64,000 bases of DNA from Oikopleura dioica. Lineage: Eukaryota; Animalia; Chordata. The position numbers were made by a program, and so were the translations under genes. Positions within the stretch are counted from its first letter, which is position 1; every line of letters starts with the position of its first letter. The stretch is taken from the NCBI GenBank assembly GCA_907165135.1, contig OU015569.1, forward strand, positions 2,418,001 through 2,482,000, written 5' to 3'. The notes beneath the pieces were generated by a model. It saw nothing but the letters and a program-made list of their open reading frames with translations, did no database searches and was not told the origin of the DNA. Positions 35,320 to 46,960 of this stretch are shown piece after piece.

Positions 35320-35870
35320 AGCGCGGAGCAAGCGTCCGGCTCAAAAAACCAGCCGCTTGCGCTCAAGCATAAGTTTTTTCTTCTCAATTTTTTCAATCTT
35401 GAATTTCCTTTTTAGAAAAATGATTTTTTTAGGAATAATTCAGAGAGTTTTTTAGAATTTCAACGAAAGAATATATTTGCGACCTGTGCGGATATGAAAT
35501 CCAGTGGAGTAGTAACATCGGGGCACATCGAGGCGGAAGGGATTGCAAGCTTCGGCAGTCGTACAACAGTAAGCTATCATTTCTATTTTGCAAACGAATA
35601 ATTAATACAATTTACAGGGTTTATTGTACCAATTGGTTTTGTAATTAAAAAATTTTGTTGAAATCAAAAATTATAATTTTCTTTAGAAATCCCGGAATAA
35701 AGCTGCCATGAATGTCGTCGAACCTTTGCCTTCAAAGATAACTGGCTCAGTCACAAGCAACGTACAAAATGTGGACTGGGAGAACGTGCTTTTCGTGAAC
35801 GCGTCAATCAAGCCAAGGCGAGGAAAACTTTTGCAGTAGTAATACTGCTGAGCAGTATCAAACTAATGTC
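35320..35870 (+). pseudogene. Tandem duplicate of the zinc-finger gene with an in-frame stop
   Basis: Aligns to ~34150-34670 including upstream and intron sequence. AAT is replaced by TAA before CHECRRTF..., and no ATG sits at the equivalent position. Confidence 0.65.
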
Positions 35871-36159
35871 TGCCTTCTCTTTTTTCATTTCGGAAGCGAG
35901 CGAATTGTTTTTCACCGTCATAAATCAAAGTATAATTTTAAACGTGTTTTTCTTGTTTCTGGTTGCGAGTTTGGGGGCTCCTTTCTTTTTTTCAAACTTG
36001 GCCTAATCATCTCTTTTCTCTTTTCATAAATTTTATTAATTAATAAAGTTTATTGAAAGTATTTTTGAAAGATTCGGAGTAGAGTTTTGAATCTTCTGAA
36101 GTCTCTCCGCCACTCTGCAATTATGAGACTTGCAAAAATAAACGTTTTCATCAGAAATT

Positions 36160-37075
36160 TTAAAGACACCATTTCCAGTGCGAAATCATTTCCTTTCCAA
36201 CAGGACTTTCCATGATAAGATTGTCAATGAAGCTATTGTGTTTTGCAGACTTGTTCAAGTGCTGAAATTGATCACGATTTCGAGTAGGGTTTTCAACGAC
36301 TTACAGGGATAGGAGAGTCTGGAACAGGTTTATCAAGAAATTTGCAAAGTGGTTCCCAACCATCTTTGATGTTCCAAACAAGAAGTCGTTTTTCTGGAAC
36401 TATTTCCTTGACCCGTCGAATGTGCGCTTCATAAACATCTTCCATAGCTTCCCAGTAAGGGATCACGAGTTCGTTTTGCTTCTGCCAAGTGAACACATGC
36501 CAATCTGCTGGGTACAGTGCGACGTTACAGTTTCGCAGGAGTTTTTTCTTCATGACATACTAAAACGTGAAAAAACGCGGTTGGATGTATCTTTACTTCA
36601 TTAATTCTACAAATCTTGTTCATCCTCGGCCCCGACCAGCCCATTGCCGCCATCCGATTGAGCAGCCAGAAGCCAGGATTGCCAAAACGACGAGTGTCTT
36701 GTTCGAAGAAATGAATTAAACTCCGCTTCCATTCCTCGGTGCTGTCTCTTACAGTAAGAATAACCTTTGCATTCGGAGATGCATGAAAGAGCTCTTCCCA
36801 GTAAGCATGGCCGGGAAAGTCTTGATTTGCTTGAAAACCGTGCTTTTTGTACTCATCGATCACTTTTCGAATTGAGCAGCGGCCATTAATGTACTCGAAC
36901 CAAACATCTGATAGAAATTCCATCGTCTCGGTGATGTCCGCTACTTTGTACCCAAGCGTTCTTAATCAGGGGATCAGTCTTATTTTGAGTTCCTATAAAA
37001 TTTATGAAGGAACCTTAGGCAGCTGGTGCAACTTTTGGTCGATGTCTTCGGATACCCTGCGCAGATGATTTCCAT
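36160..37075 (-). CDS. P-loop sulfotransferase, Sulfotransfer_4-like family
   Basis: MEIICAGYPKTSTKS, DFPGHAYWEEL...PNAKVILTVRD and LLVWNIKDGWEPLCKFLDKPVP motifs; 3' end approximate. Confidence 0.85.
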
Positions 37076-37281
37076 TCTCTCGCTCTTTTTATTATGAAAG
37101 CAAATGCTGATGATACTCTGGCCCAAAGGCAGTACGGTACAGTCTGCAGTGGCCATATGTGATCCTTAGGAAAACGGACCCACCCGAATGAAGGAAATAA
37201 GATAAGAAAGCAGTTGGTTTTCGATATTTTTATTTGAGAATTTGCAGTTTTAGATGAATGTTGTTAAGGGGAAAATGTTGT

Positions 37282-37809
37282 TCAGTAGAGCTTGATAATC
37301 TGATCGTTGGTGAAAGCCTTTTGGCAAATCGGACAGGAAGAAAGACGGTTCAAACAATCATTGCAAAAGCGATGGTCACAGAGAAGAGTGCATTCTTGAC
37401 AATCGTTGCCATCATAGACTTCAAAACAAATTGGGCAAGAAGAAGAATGGTGTTGTGTTTCTTCCCTCAGAGTATGATACTTATTCTTCCGAAATTGAGC
37501 TTTGAGGTACAGTCGTCTTCGCTCTGATAGAAATCGGTCTCTCTCTTCTGCACGAAGTCTTTTTTCTCGTGCTAGTTTTGTAGATTGTTCGTCAAGAGCC
37601 TGATATGCTTCTTTACAACTTCTTGAATCCCGTGATTTTTTCCGCCGATCTCCTTTGCAACTGTTGACCAGTTTGAAGAAAGTGAAAACTGCAAAGGGAG
37701 CTCCGCACATTCGCACAAAAAACTTTGTCATGGTAAAAGTTTTGCTATTTTTATTTTGATTGCTTTTTTTCTGAATTTCCTTATATTTACGAATGCTCTT
37801 GAGCACCAT
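37282..37809 (-). CDS. Intronless C-terminal RING-finger protein (175 aa)
   Basis: CPIC...CDHRFCNDC...CPIC; hydrophobic segment plus charged coiled coil. Confidence 0.85.
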   Translation of the reverse strand: MVLKSIRKYKEIQKKSNQNKNSKTFTMTKFFVRMCGAPFAVFTFFKLVNSCKGDRRKKSRDSRSCKEAYQALDEQSTKLAREKRLRAEERDRFLSERRRLYLKAQFRKNKYHTLREETQHHSSSCPICFEVYDGNDCQECTLLCDHRFCNDCLNRLSSCPICQKAFTNDQIIKLY

Positions 37810-38200
37810 CTGGTCATGATATTTCGGAGCTGATTGCTGTAATTCTTGATTTTCAACGAAAATCAGTGAAAAATTATCCCTGTTATCGATTGATGATGAT
37901 CTAATTCCATGCTTTCCTATTTATCTTTTTTTGTCTAAAAATTTTAATATGGGACGAAAACTTTAAAAAACGAAGAAAGGCAAAACAACCAATTGATTAT
38001 AAATTTTAAATAATTCATTATTGAGTCGAGCGGATGGAAGCGATGAGCTCCACTCAGCTGAGCGCGAGTGTGACTGCCCGTTGTGCCCTCTGGCTGCCCT
38101 CATCCCAAACCGTTTCAATCGACCGTGGTCGATTCTTGATCCATGACAAACCGCCGTTGACCGGTAGCATGTCGTTAGAGAAGAATGATCACATAAAAGC

Positions 38201-39743
38201 ATGATCGCCAAGAACACGCAAGAGAAGTTTAAAGTCACCTTGACCTTGGTGTCAATGACGCTGATGCTCATCTACATCGAGAGCGTTTCCCTGCACTCGG
38301 ACACAACTAAACAACCAAAAGCTAGTTCTCAAGAAAAGCTACTAGTAAATTCTAAAGCAGTCAAAAAACCTCACCCATCGCCCACTCCACTTCCAGGAAA
38401 ATATTTTCAATAAAAGATCGATAAGAGATCTAGCATCGGCAACCTGTGTAGAAATCCTGAGTCAGGTTCTGAAGCGGCTTCGCAAATTTCCCAGTTCAAT
38501 CTTTTTTGAAATTCTGGCTGCTTTTTAATTTCAGCTTTTTGAGAACCTGACTCAGCCAGTTTTTCTACACAGCTTGCCAAGTCCAGATTCAAAAACGAAA
38601 ATTTGAAAACATCGAAAAAAGTGATCACCAACGAAAAGGACAACTGCAAGAAAACAAACCAGATCGTTTTCGTGAAGACGCACAAAACTGCTTCATCGAC
38701 CGTGCAAAATATTTTGCTCCGCTTTGCCGACACTCATAATATCCCAGTTGGACTACCAGCGAATTCCGGCAGTCGTTTCTTCTATCCTCGCAAGTTTCTG
38801 AAAGCAATGACGAAGCCTCTTCTGGACGGTTCTTCGCCCGCAATAATCGCTCATCATCTAAGAGGTAAAATATCAATTACAACCGGTTATTTATCTATAT
38901 CTTTTTATAGCTAGCGATCAGCTGTTCAATACATATCCCGATTCCAAGTTTATAACAATTTTACGCTCAATTCCTTCACTCTACGAAAGCACCTTCTCTT
39001 ACTTCAAAACAGAAACAGCCCCTTACCGAGATGCCGCGAATTTAACAGAGTTCTACAATGAGCCGGAGAAATTCGTAGATTCAAAGGATCAAGTCGGTCC
39101 CAATGGCGGCCGCGTTTTCGCCAAAAACCACATGACATTTGACTTGGGCTTTGATCATTTGTCCGCGTCGGAGGAGGAAATAGAAGAGGCGATCAAGAGC
39201 ATGGAAGAAAGATACGAATTGGTGATGATTTCGGACTACTTCGTCGAATCGATGGTCTTGCTAAAACACGCCTTTTGCTGGAACTGGGAAGACGTGGCAT
39301 TTTTCGCTTCCAACGCTAGGGCCAGCAACTCAGAAGATCAATTAGACGAAGAGCTTTCCCGGAAAATGGAGGAGTGGAACCACTTTGACTTCAGGATATT
39401 TAGCCATTTTAATAACACCTTGTGGAAAAAAATTGACGAATTGGAATCATTTGATGAGGATAAAAAGACTCTTGAAGCGCTTCTGGAAGAGTTGAAAGAA
39501 CACTGCCTGGATTCCGAAGTCATTTGTAGAAAGGTGAGCTTTACTTCTACCAAAGGCGCAGAAAATATTGTCTCTTAGGGAATGAGCTGTGGGAAGGCGA
39601 CAAAAGTAGCAATCAAGAAAAACACCCTTTCTGAAAGTGGCGCAGCTGACGAACGATGCAAGCAAATGGTCCTCAATGAGTTAGAGTTCACCAAGAATAT
39701 TTACAAAAAACAGTGGCCAAATTGGACGAATTTTTACGGCTGA
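38201..39743 (+). CDS. gal3st: Galactose-3-O-sulfotransferase family protein
   Basis: Type II TM start; FVKTHKTASSTVQNIL, NHMTFDLG, YELVMISDYFVESMVLLKHAFCW and WNHFD motifs. Confidence 0.9.
38436..38586. mobile_element. MITE family, degenerate copy in the first intron of the Gal3ST gene
   Basis: CGGCAACCTG.GTAGAAA.CCTGAGTCAGG...CCTGACTCAG...TTTTCTACACAG. Confidence 0.65.
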
Positions 39744-40066
39744 AATTTTGCTAAATTATCAATTTTCCTGCCTAAAACCCAATAAAATAAAGCACAACTT
39801 GTACTTGTTTCAAAAGAAATAATTCTATCAGCAATGTCCGATATCAAGCCATTCATTTCGTAAAAAGCATGTGATTGGAAAATATCATATGTTACATTTG
39901 TCATCATTATCACTCGCTTAAAGGGATAATTTTTCATAAATTTTCGTTGGAAATCGAGAATTTGAGCAATCAGCTCAGAAATATCAAAACCAGATGGTGC
40001 TCAAGAGCTCTTTTGAGTATAAAATGAAATCAGAAATTTAAAAGTATCATAAGAGCACTTTTCATC

Positions 40067-40699
40067 ATGAGTTACTATGGCCGTGATCCCATGCTCAGTG
40101 ACAATGAAGCCTATTTACTTTGTATACTTTTGGTTTGCGGAACTATCGTCGGCTGCGGCTTCGGATTAGTGAAATTGAGTGATGACGAGATATCTTTTTA
40201 TGCACTTTTGGGCTGCGTGGCTTTTATTGCTTGTGTCTTTGGATTGTTGAAATGCTTCCCAATGTGCATACCTCTAATACAGGACTGCAGAAGAGATCGG
40301 CAAGCAAACAAACAACGGCGCGATGCAAGACGGCGGGATGCAAGAATGTATGAAGAAGCAATGCGGACTATCAACGAACAAGCCGCACGAGTTCGAGCGG
40401 AACTGGAACAACAACAAAATGAAGCACAGACTCGGGTACAAGAAGAAGTAGCAATCAAAATAGAGAAACAAAAACAAATGAAAACAACCAGCCTCTATCC
40501 CAGCCTGAAAAAGCCATCGAAATCACAAAAGCCTCCATCCTCCTGCCCGATCTGCGCAAATGTCTACAATGGCAACGATTTCCAAGAATGCAGCCTCCTC
40601 TGTGGCCATCGTTGTTGCAACGATTGTTTGAACCGTCTTTCTTCCTGCCCGATTTGTCGAAAACCATTCACTGCCGACCAGATCATCAAGCTTTATTGA
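40067..40699 (+). CDS. Intronless protein with 2 TM helices, coiled coil and C-terminal RING (210 aa); paralogue of 37282-37809
   Basis: C-terminal 50 aa nearly identical to the 37.3-kb RING, ending DQIIKLY. Confidence 0.88.
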   Translation: MSYYGRDPMLSDNEAYLLCILLVCGTIVGCGFGLVKLSDDEISFYALLGCVAFIACVFGLLKCFPMCIPLIQDCRRDRQANKQRRDARRRDARMYEEAMRTINEQAARVRAELEQQQNEAQTRVQEEVAIKIEKQKQMKTTSLYPSLKKPSKSQKPPSSCPICANVYNGNDFQECSLLCGHRCCNDCLNRLSSCPICRKPFTADQIIKLY

Positions 40700-41185
40700 A
40701 CATCACTTTCCCATTTTTCTCATCAAATTTCTATGGTTAAAATCTAGCTAAATTATCATTTTTTCCTGCCCAAAAACCAATAAAATCATCACAACTTGCA
40801 GTTTTTTTTTTGTTCAAAAGAAGTTATATGCAAAAATGCGCAAACAAATTGTAAATGCCCGATTTCAGAACATGTATAACGTAAAAAGCATGGAATCGCC
40901 TGCCAGTATGTCTCTAGAACAGGCCCGGCGGAGCGCGTTGTTATTCAGTTGACGCTCACTTTTCGAAGTTGGAAAGTCCGCGCCGCATCGCTTTCAGGTA
41001 AATTTGTATTTTTATTAATTAATCAATTAATTTAATTATCAAATATTTTAATTAATAAAAATAATTCAGAAGCCCCAGATCATCAGGCCGTCAGCCTGGT
41101 GAAATCTGCTCAATTTGCTTGGGAAGTGGAGTTTGTCGAAGCAAAAATTCCACAAGGTCGTGGATGAAAACATGACTGCTAAAAA

Positions 41186-44100
41186 CAGGGTGGGGAAAGG
41201 TCTACGGCACGGCACGGCACGGCACTGCGGCACGGACACGGCACGGCACGTGCCGTGCCGTGCCGCTCCATTCAGAGAATTTCAGTTTGGACACGGCACG
41301 GTGCCGCGGCACTGGGGTTAGGGTAAGGCGCTGCCCCGTTCCTTGATTTTTAAATTTAAGGGGCTTGACGGCCCTTCGGGCCGTTTCAGCCCCGTTCCTT
41401 GATTTTTAAATTTAAGGGGCTTGACGGCCCTTCGGGCCGTTTCAGCCCCGTTCCTTGATTTTTAAATTTACGGGGCTTGACGGCCCTTCGGGCCGTTTCA
41501 GCCCCGTTCCTTGATTTTTAAATTTAAGGGGCTTGACGGCCCTTCGGGCCGTTTCAGCCCCGTTCCTTGATTTTTAAATTTAAGGGGCTTGACGGCCCTT
41601 CGGGCCGTTTCAGCCCCGTTCCTTGATTTTTAAATTTAAGGGGCTTGACGGCCCTTCGGGCCGTTTCAGCCCCGTTCCTTGATTTTTAAATTTACGGGGC
41701 TTGACGGCCCTTCGGGCCGTTTCAGCCCCGTTCCTTGATTTTTAAATTTAAGGGCTTGACGGCCCTTCGGGCCGTTTCAGCCCCGTTCCTTGATTTTTAA
41801 ATTTAAGGGCTTGACGGCCCTTCGGGCCGTTCCAGCCCCGTTCCTTGATTTTTAAATTTAAGGGCTTGACGGCCCTTCGGGCCGTTTCAGCCCCGTTCCT
41901 TGATTTTAAATTTAAGGGCTTGACGGCCCTTCGGGCCGTTTCAGCCCCGTTCCTTGATTTTTAAATTTAAGGGCTTGACGGCCCTTCGGGCCGTTTCAGC
42001 CCCGTTCCTTGATTTTTAAATTTAAGGGCTTGACGGCCCTTCGGGCCGTTTCAGCCCCGTTCCTTGATTTTAAATTTAAGGGGCTTGACGGCCCTTCGGG
42101 CCGTTTCAGCCCCGTTCCTTGATTTTTAAATTTAAGGGCTTGACGGCCCTTCGGGCCGTTTCAGCCCCGTTCCTTGATTTTTAAATTTAAGGGCTTGACG
42201 GCCCTTCGGGCCGTTTCAGCCCCGTTCCTTGATTTTAAATTTAAGGGGCTTGACGGCCCTTCGGGCCGTTTCAGCCCCGTTCCTTGATTTTTAAATTTAA
42301 GGGGCTTGACGGCCCTTCGGGCCGTTTCAGCCCCGTTCCTTCATTTTTAAATTTAAGGGCTTGACGGCCCTTCGGGCCGTTTCAGCCCCGTTCCTTGATT
42401 TTTAAATTTACGGGGCTTGACGGCCCTTCGGGCCGTTTCAGCCCCGTTCCTTGATTTTTAAATTTAAGGGCTTGACGGCCCTTCGGGCCGTTTCAGCCCC
42501 GTTCCTTGATTTTTAAATTTAAGGGGCTTGACGGCCCTTCGGGCCGTTTCAGCCCCGTTCCTTGATTTTTAAATTTAAGGGGCTTGACGGCCCTTCGGGC
42601 CGTTTCAGCCCCGTTCCTTGATTTTTAAATTTAAGGGCTTGACGGCCCTTCGGGCCGTTTCAGCCCCGTTCCTTGATTTTTAAATTTAAGGGCTTGACGG
42701 CCCTTCGGGCCGTTTCAGCCCCGTTCCTTGATTTTTAAATTTAAGGGGCTTGACGGCCCTTCGGGCCGTTTCAGCCCCGTTCCTTGATTTTAAATTTAAG
42801 GGGCTTGACGGCCCTTCGGGCCGTTTCAGCCCCGTTCCTTGATTTTTAAATTTAAGGGGCTTGACGGCCCTTCGGGCCGTTTCAGCCCCGTTCCTTGATT
42901 TTAAATTTAAGGGCTTGACGGCCCTTCGGGCCGTTTCAGCCCCGTTCCTTGATTTTTAAATTTAAGGGGCTTGACGGCCCTTCGGGCCGTTTCAGCCCCG
43001 TTCCTTGATTTTTAAATTTAAGGGGCTTGACGGCCCTTCGGGCCGTTTCAGCCCCGTTCCTTGATTTTTAAATTTAAGGGGCTTGACGGCCCTTCGGGCC
43101 GTTTCAGCCCCGTTCCTTGATTTTAAATTTAAGGGGCTTGACGGCCCTTCGGGCCGTTTCAGCCCCGTTCCTTGATTTTTAAATTTAAGGGGCTTGACGG
43201 CCCTTCGGGCCGTTTCAGCCCCGTTCCTTGATTTTTAAATTTAAGGGCTTGACGGCCCTTCGGGCCGTTTCAGCCCCGTTCCTTGATTTTTAAATTTAAG
43301 GGCTTGACGGCCCTTCGGGCCGTTTCAGCCCCGTTCCTTGATTTTTAAATTTAAGGGGCTTGACGGCCCTTCGGGCCGTTTCAGCCCCGTTCCTTGATTT
43401 TAAATTTAAGGGCTTGACGGCCCTTCGGGCCGTTTCAGCCCCGTTCCTTGATTTTTAAATTTAAGGGCTTGACGGCCCTTCGGGCCGTTTCAGCCCCGTT
43501 CCTTGATTTTTAAATTTAAGGGGCTTGACGGCCCTTCGGGCCGTTTCAGCCCCGTTCCTTGATTTTTAAATTTAAGGGGCTTGACGGCCCTTCGGGCCGT
43601 TTCAGCCCCGTTCCTTGATTTTTAAATTTAAGGGCTTGACGGCCCTTCGGGCCGTTTCAGCCCCGTTCCTTGATTTTTAAATTTAAGGGGCTTGACGGCC
43701 CTTCGGGCCGTTTCAGCCCCGTTCCTTGATTTTAAATTTAAGGGCTTGACGGCCCTTCGGGCCGTTTCAGCCCCGTTCCTTGATTTTAAATTTAAGGGGC
43801 TTGACGGCCCTTCGGGCCGTTTCAGCCCCGTTCCTTGATTTTTAAATTTAAGGGGCTTGACGGCCCTTCGGGCCGTTTCAGCCCCGTTCCTTGATTTTTA
43901 AATTTAAGGGGCTTGACGGCCCTTCGGGCCGTTTCAGCCCCGTTCCTTGATTTTTAAATTTAAGGGGCTTGACGGCCCTTCGGGCCGTTTCAGCCCCGTT
44001 CCTTGATTTTTAAATTTAAGGGCTTGACGGCCCTTCGGGCCGTTTCAGCCCCGTTCCTTGATTTTTAAATTTAAGGGGCTTGACGGCCCTTCGGGCCGTT

Positions 44101-44993
44101 TCAGCCCCGTTCCTTGATTTTTAAATTTAAGGGGCTTGACGGCCCTTCGGGCCGTTTCAGCCCCGTTCCTTGATTTTTAAATTTAAGGGGCTTGACGGCC
44201 CTTCGGGCCGTTTCAGCCCCGTTCCTTGATTTTTAAATTTAAGGGGCTTGACGGCCCTTCGGGCCGTTTCAGCCCCGTTCCTTGATTTTTAAATTTAAGG
44301 GGCTTGACGGCCCTTCGGGCCGTTTCAGCCCCGTTCCTTGATTTTTAAATTTAAGGGGCTTGACGGCCCTTCGGGCCGTTTCAGCCCCGTTCCTTGATTT
44401 TTAAATTTAAGGGGCTTGACGGCCCTTCGGGCCGTTTCAGCCCCGTTCCTTGATTTTTAAATTTAAGGGCTTGACGGCCCTTCGGGCCGTTTCAGCCCCG
44501 TTCCTTGATTTTTAAATTTAAGGGCTTGACGGCCCTTCGGGCCGTTTCAGCCCCGTTCCTTGATTTTTAAATTTAAGGGGCTTGACAATGGCAGGGAACT
44601 CTGAGGTGATCAATTTCAGTTACTTCCCAAACCCCACCCACCCCCATTAACTGTTAAAATACAATCTATCCAGGTTTTAATTCAAATTATGGTTTTTATT
44701 CAGATTTCAAAAAAAAAAAATTCAAAATTTTTCGAAAATAATTTTTCACGAAATTTCTCGGCCGATACCTACGTTGCAGACGAATTTATTAAATAAAATT
44801 ATATTCAAATATTTTCGAGTGTTTTTTACGAGAAAAAAAGGAAAAAACTGTGCCGTGCCGTGCTGTGCCGTGTCCCGGCACGCGTTCTTTAATTTTTTGC
44901 CGTGCCGTGCCGTGCCGTGCCGCGGCACAGGAATTTTTGGTGTGCCGTGCCGTGCCGGTGCCGTTGAATTTTCTTAAGACATTCCCCACTCTG
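41186..44993. mobile_element. Non-autonomous hAT-like DNA transposon carrying an internal tandem array
   Basis: TIRs CAG(G/A)GTGGGGAA; exact 8-bp TSD GCTAAAAA at 41178-41185 and 44994-45001; inverted subterminal GGCAC/GTGCC pentamer runs. Confidence 0.9.
41333..44586. repeat. Tandem satellite, 55-56 bp unit, about 58 copies
   Basis: Unit GCCCCGTTCCTTGATTTTTAAATTTAAGGGGCTTGACGGCCCTTCGGGCCGTTTCA; variation is almost only in homopolymer length. Confidence 0.98.
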
Positions 44994-45819
44994 GCTAAAA
45001 ACCAAGCAGACGACCACCTTGCCTAGTAAAGGCTTGTCTCTTTAACTGTAACCTGAATAAAATCAATTTCCGTAAATTCTATCTACAAAAGATGCTCACG
45101 TTCTTGAATGGGCGGATTAACGCCAGCTTTGCCGTGATCATCTCTCTCATTTTGTATTCTTGATTTTCTGCAGGTTATTGTAAACCGATTTTACTAGATA
45201 TGCATATATTGCAGTGACTACAGGTTGCAGGGGGTTACGTGATCGTCGCCGTCGTCGGTGGTCGGTGGTTTCAACGAATTCCTTTATCTCGGTATATCAT
45301 TTACAGCGCATCATATACTGTGTAATTACCCACGAGAGCGACGGTAATCTGCGTAAAAAAAAGCTATCTAGGACAACTTATGTTAGATGAGCTAAGAATA
45401 AAAGATCAGAAACAATGTCATACAACTTAAAAATTTAATCTCTCAATCTGTCAGTAGGAACATTAGGGTAAATTATTCACACGATTGGCCATATAAACTA
45501 AAGTTTAAAAGTCAGTTGAACCGTTTATAGACAAAAACTTTGATGCTTGCCCGTTTTGTTCTTTTTTTCGGGACTTTGTCAAACGCTCTTTATTTTCCTT
45601 ACTTCGAGAATTCCAGAATAAGAAATGCAGGTACCGAATTCACGGGAAAGGATGAAGAATATATATTAATGCTTTTTAAGTTAAAATGGCAAAAGTGAGA
45701 AGAGCAGACCAGAATCCACCAAAGTCTTGGAGTGACGCATTGAGAGGAAAACTTTTTTATGGAATTATCCGATAAGGGTGTCAATGACACCGTGTCATGA
45801 ATACCTGTGTGTTGAATAC

Positions 45820-46960
45820 CTGACTCAGGTTCAGAAGAGCTTGAAGGAAAAGCTGCGTTACGGTTTGTTTTAGAAATGAAGCCGAAAAGCGTCTTCGAGA
45901 GAAATTCAAAATTATTGATAAGTAATACTTAGGGGAAATCACTAATAATTTGACTTTCTTTAGGGCTTAGTAGGGTAGGCATATAATACAGTTTTAGAAA
46001 GCCCAGAAGCTGGGAAACATTTTGACTATTGATCTTTGGGGGTGATCTCGTACCCTGAGGGCATTTAGGTACGTCCAAAGTCCCAAAATCTGGCCAATTC
46101 CAGAAATTGGAATTTTTAAGGTAATAACTCGACCTTTCAGAAGGTGTTCCCTATCCCAGATTGTAACCCAGGTTCTGAGGGTCATTTTGAGATATAGAAA
46201 AGTACTGAGACCCGGGGGTTCCTGAGGAGCTAGAGGCTCTTGAAGTTGGGGAATTCGACAAAAATTGAGTACTTTTTCACAAAAAGTACACCATTTGTGT
46301 CACAAATGCCTCCCAAACACTTTTTATCTATGTTTTTTCATTTAAAAATATTTAAGATGTCATTTGGGGTCATCTGAGGTCACTCTAGGTCAAAAATTAT
46401 GAAAAATTTAGAAAACTCTCATGAGTGACCCGATCTGACCTCAGATGACCCCAAATGACTTCTTAAACATTTTTAAATGAAAAACATAGATAAAAAGTGT
46501 TTGGGAGGCATTTGTGACACAAATGGTGTACTTTTGTGAAAAAGTACTCAATTTTTGTCGAATTCCCAACTTCAAGAGCCTCTAGCTCCTCAGGAACCCC
46601 GGGTCTCAGTACTTTTCTATATCTCAAAATGACCCTCAGATCCTGGGCAACAATCTGGAATATGGGGCACCTTCTGAAAGGTCGAGTTATTGCCTCAAAA
46701 ATTCCAATTTCTGGAATTGCCCAGATTTTGGGACTTTGGACGTACCTAAATGCCCTCAGGGTACAATATCAGCCCCAAGTATCAATAGTCAAAATGTTTC
46801 CCAGCTTCTGGGCTTTCTAAAACTGTATTATAAGCCCACCCTACTAAACCCTAAAAAAAGTCAAATTATTAGTGATTTCCCCTAGTAATACTGCAAAGCC
46901 GCCTTGCGGCTTCGTTTCTAAAAAACCCCGCTACGCGGCTTTTCATTTAACCTTTTCAGA
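45820..46960. mobile_element. MITE family copy split by a nested insertion
   Basis: Left-arm motifs at 45820-45900 and right-arm motifs at 46893-46960 flank the foldback element. Confidence 0.7.
45930..46884. mobile_element. Foldback (almost fully palindromic) hAT-like non-autonomous element, 955 bp
   Basis: ~450-bp inverted arms with a ~50-bp spacer; TAGGGG...CCCCTA ends; exact 8-bp TSD GTAATACT at 45922-45929 and 46885-46892. Confidence 0.9.

Noticed and set aside
41312-41330. Telomere-like GGGGTTAGGGTAAGG
   Set aside because: A single TTAGGG with no array.
41333-44586. CRISPR-like array
   Set aside because: Units are contiguous and identical, with no unique spacers and no cas genes; the context is eukaryotic.
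41333-44586. Higher-order structure from GGG/GGGG and TTTT/TTTTT variants
   Set aside because: Differences are almost all homopolymer-length changes, indistinguishable from long-read error.
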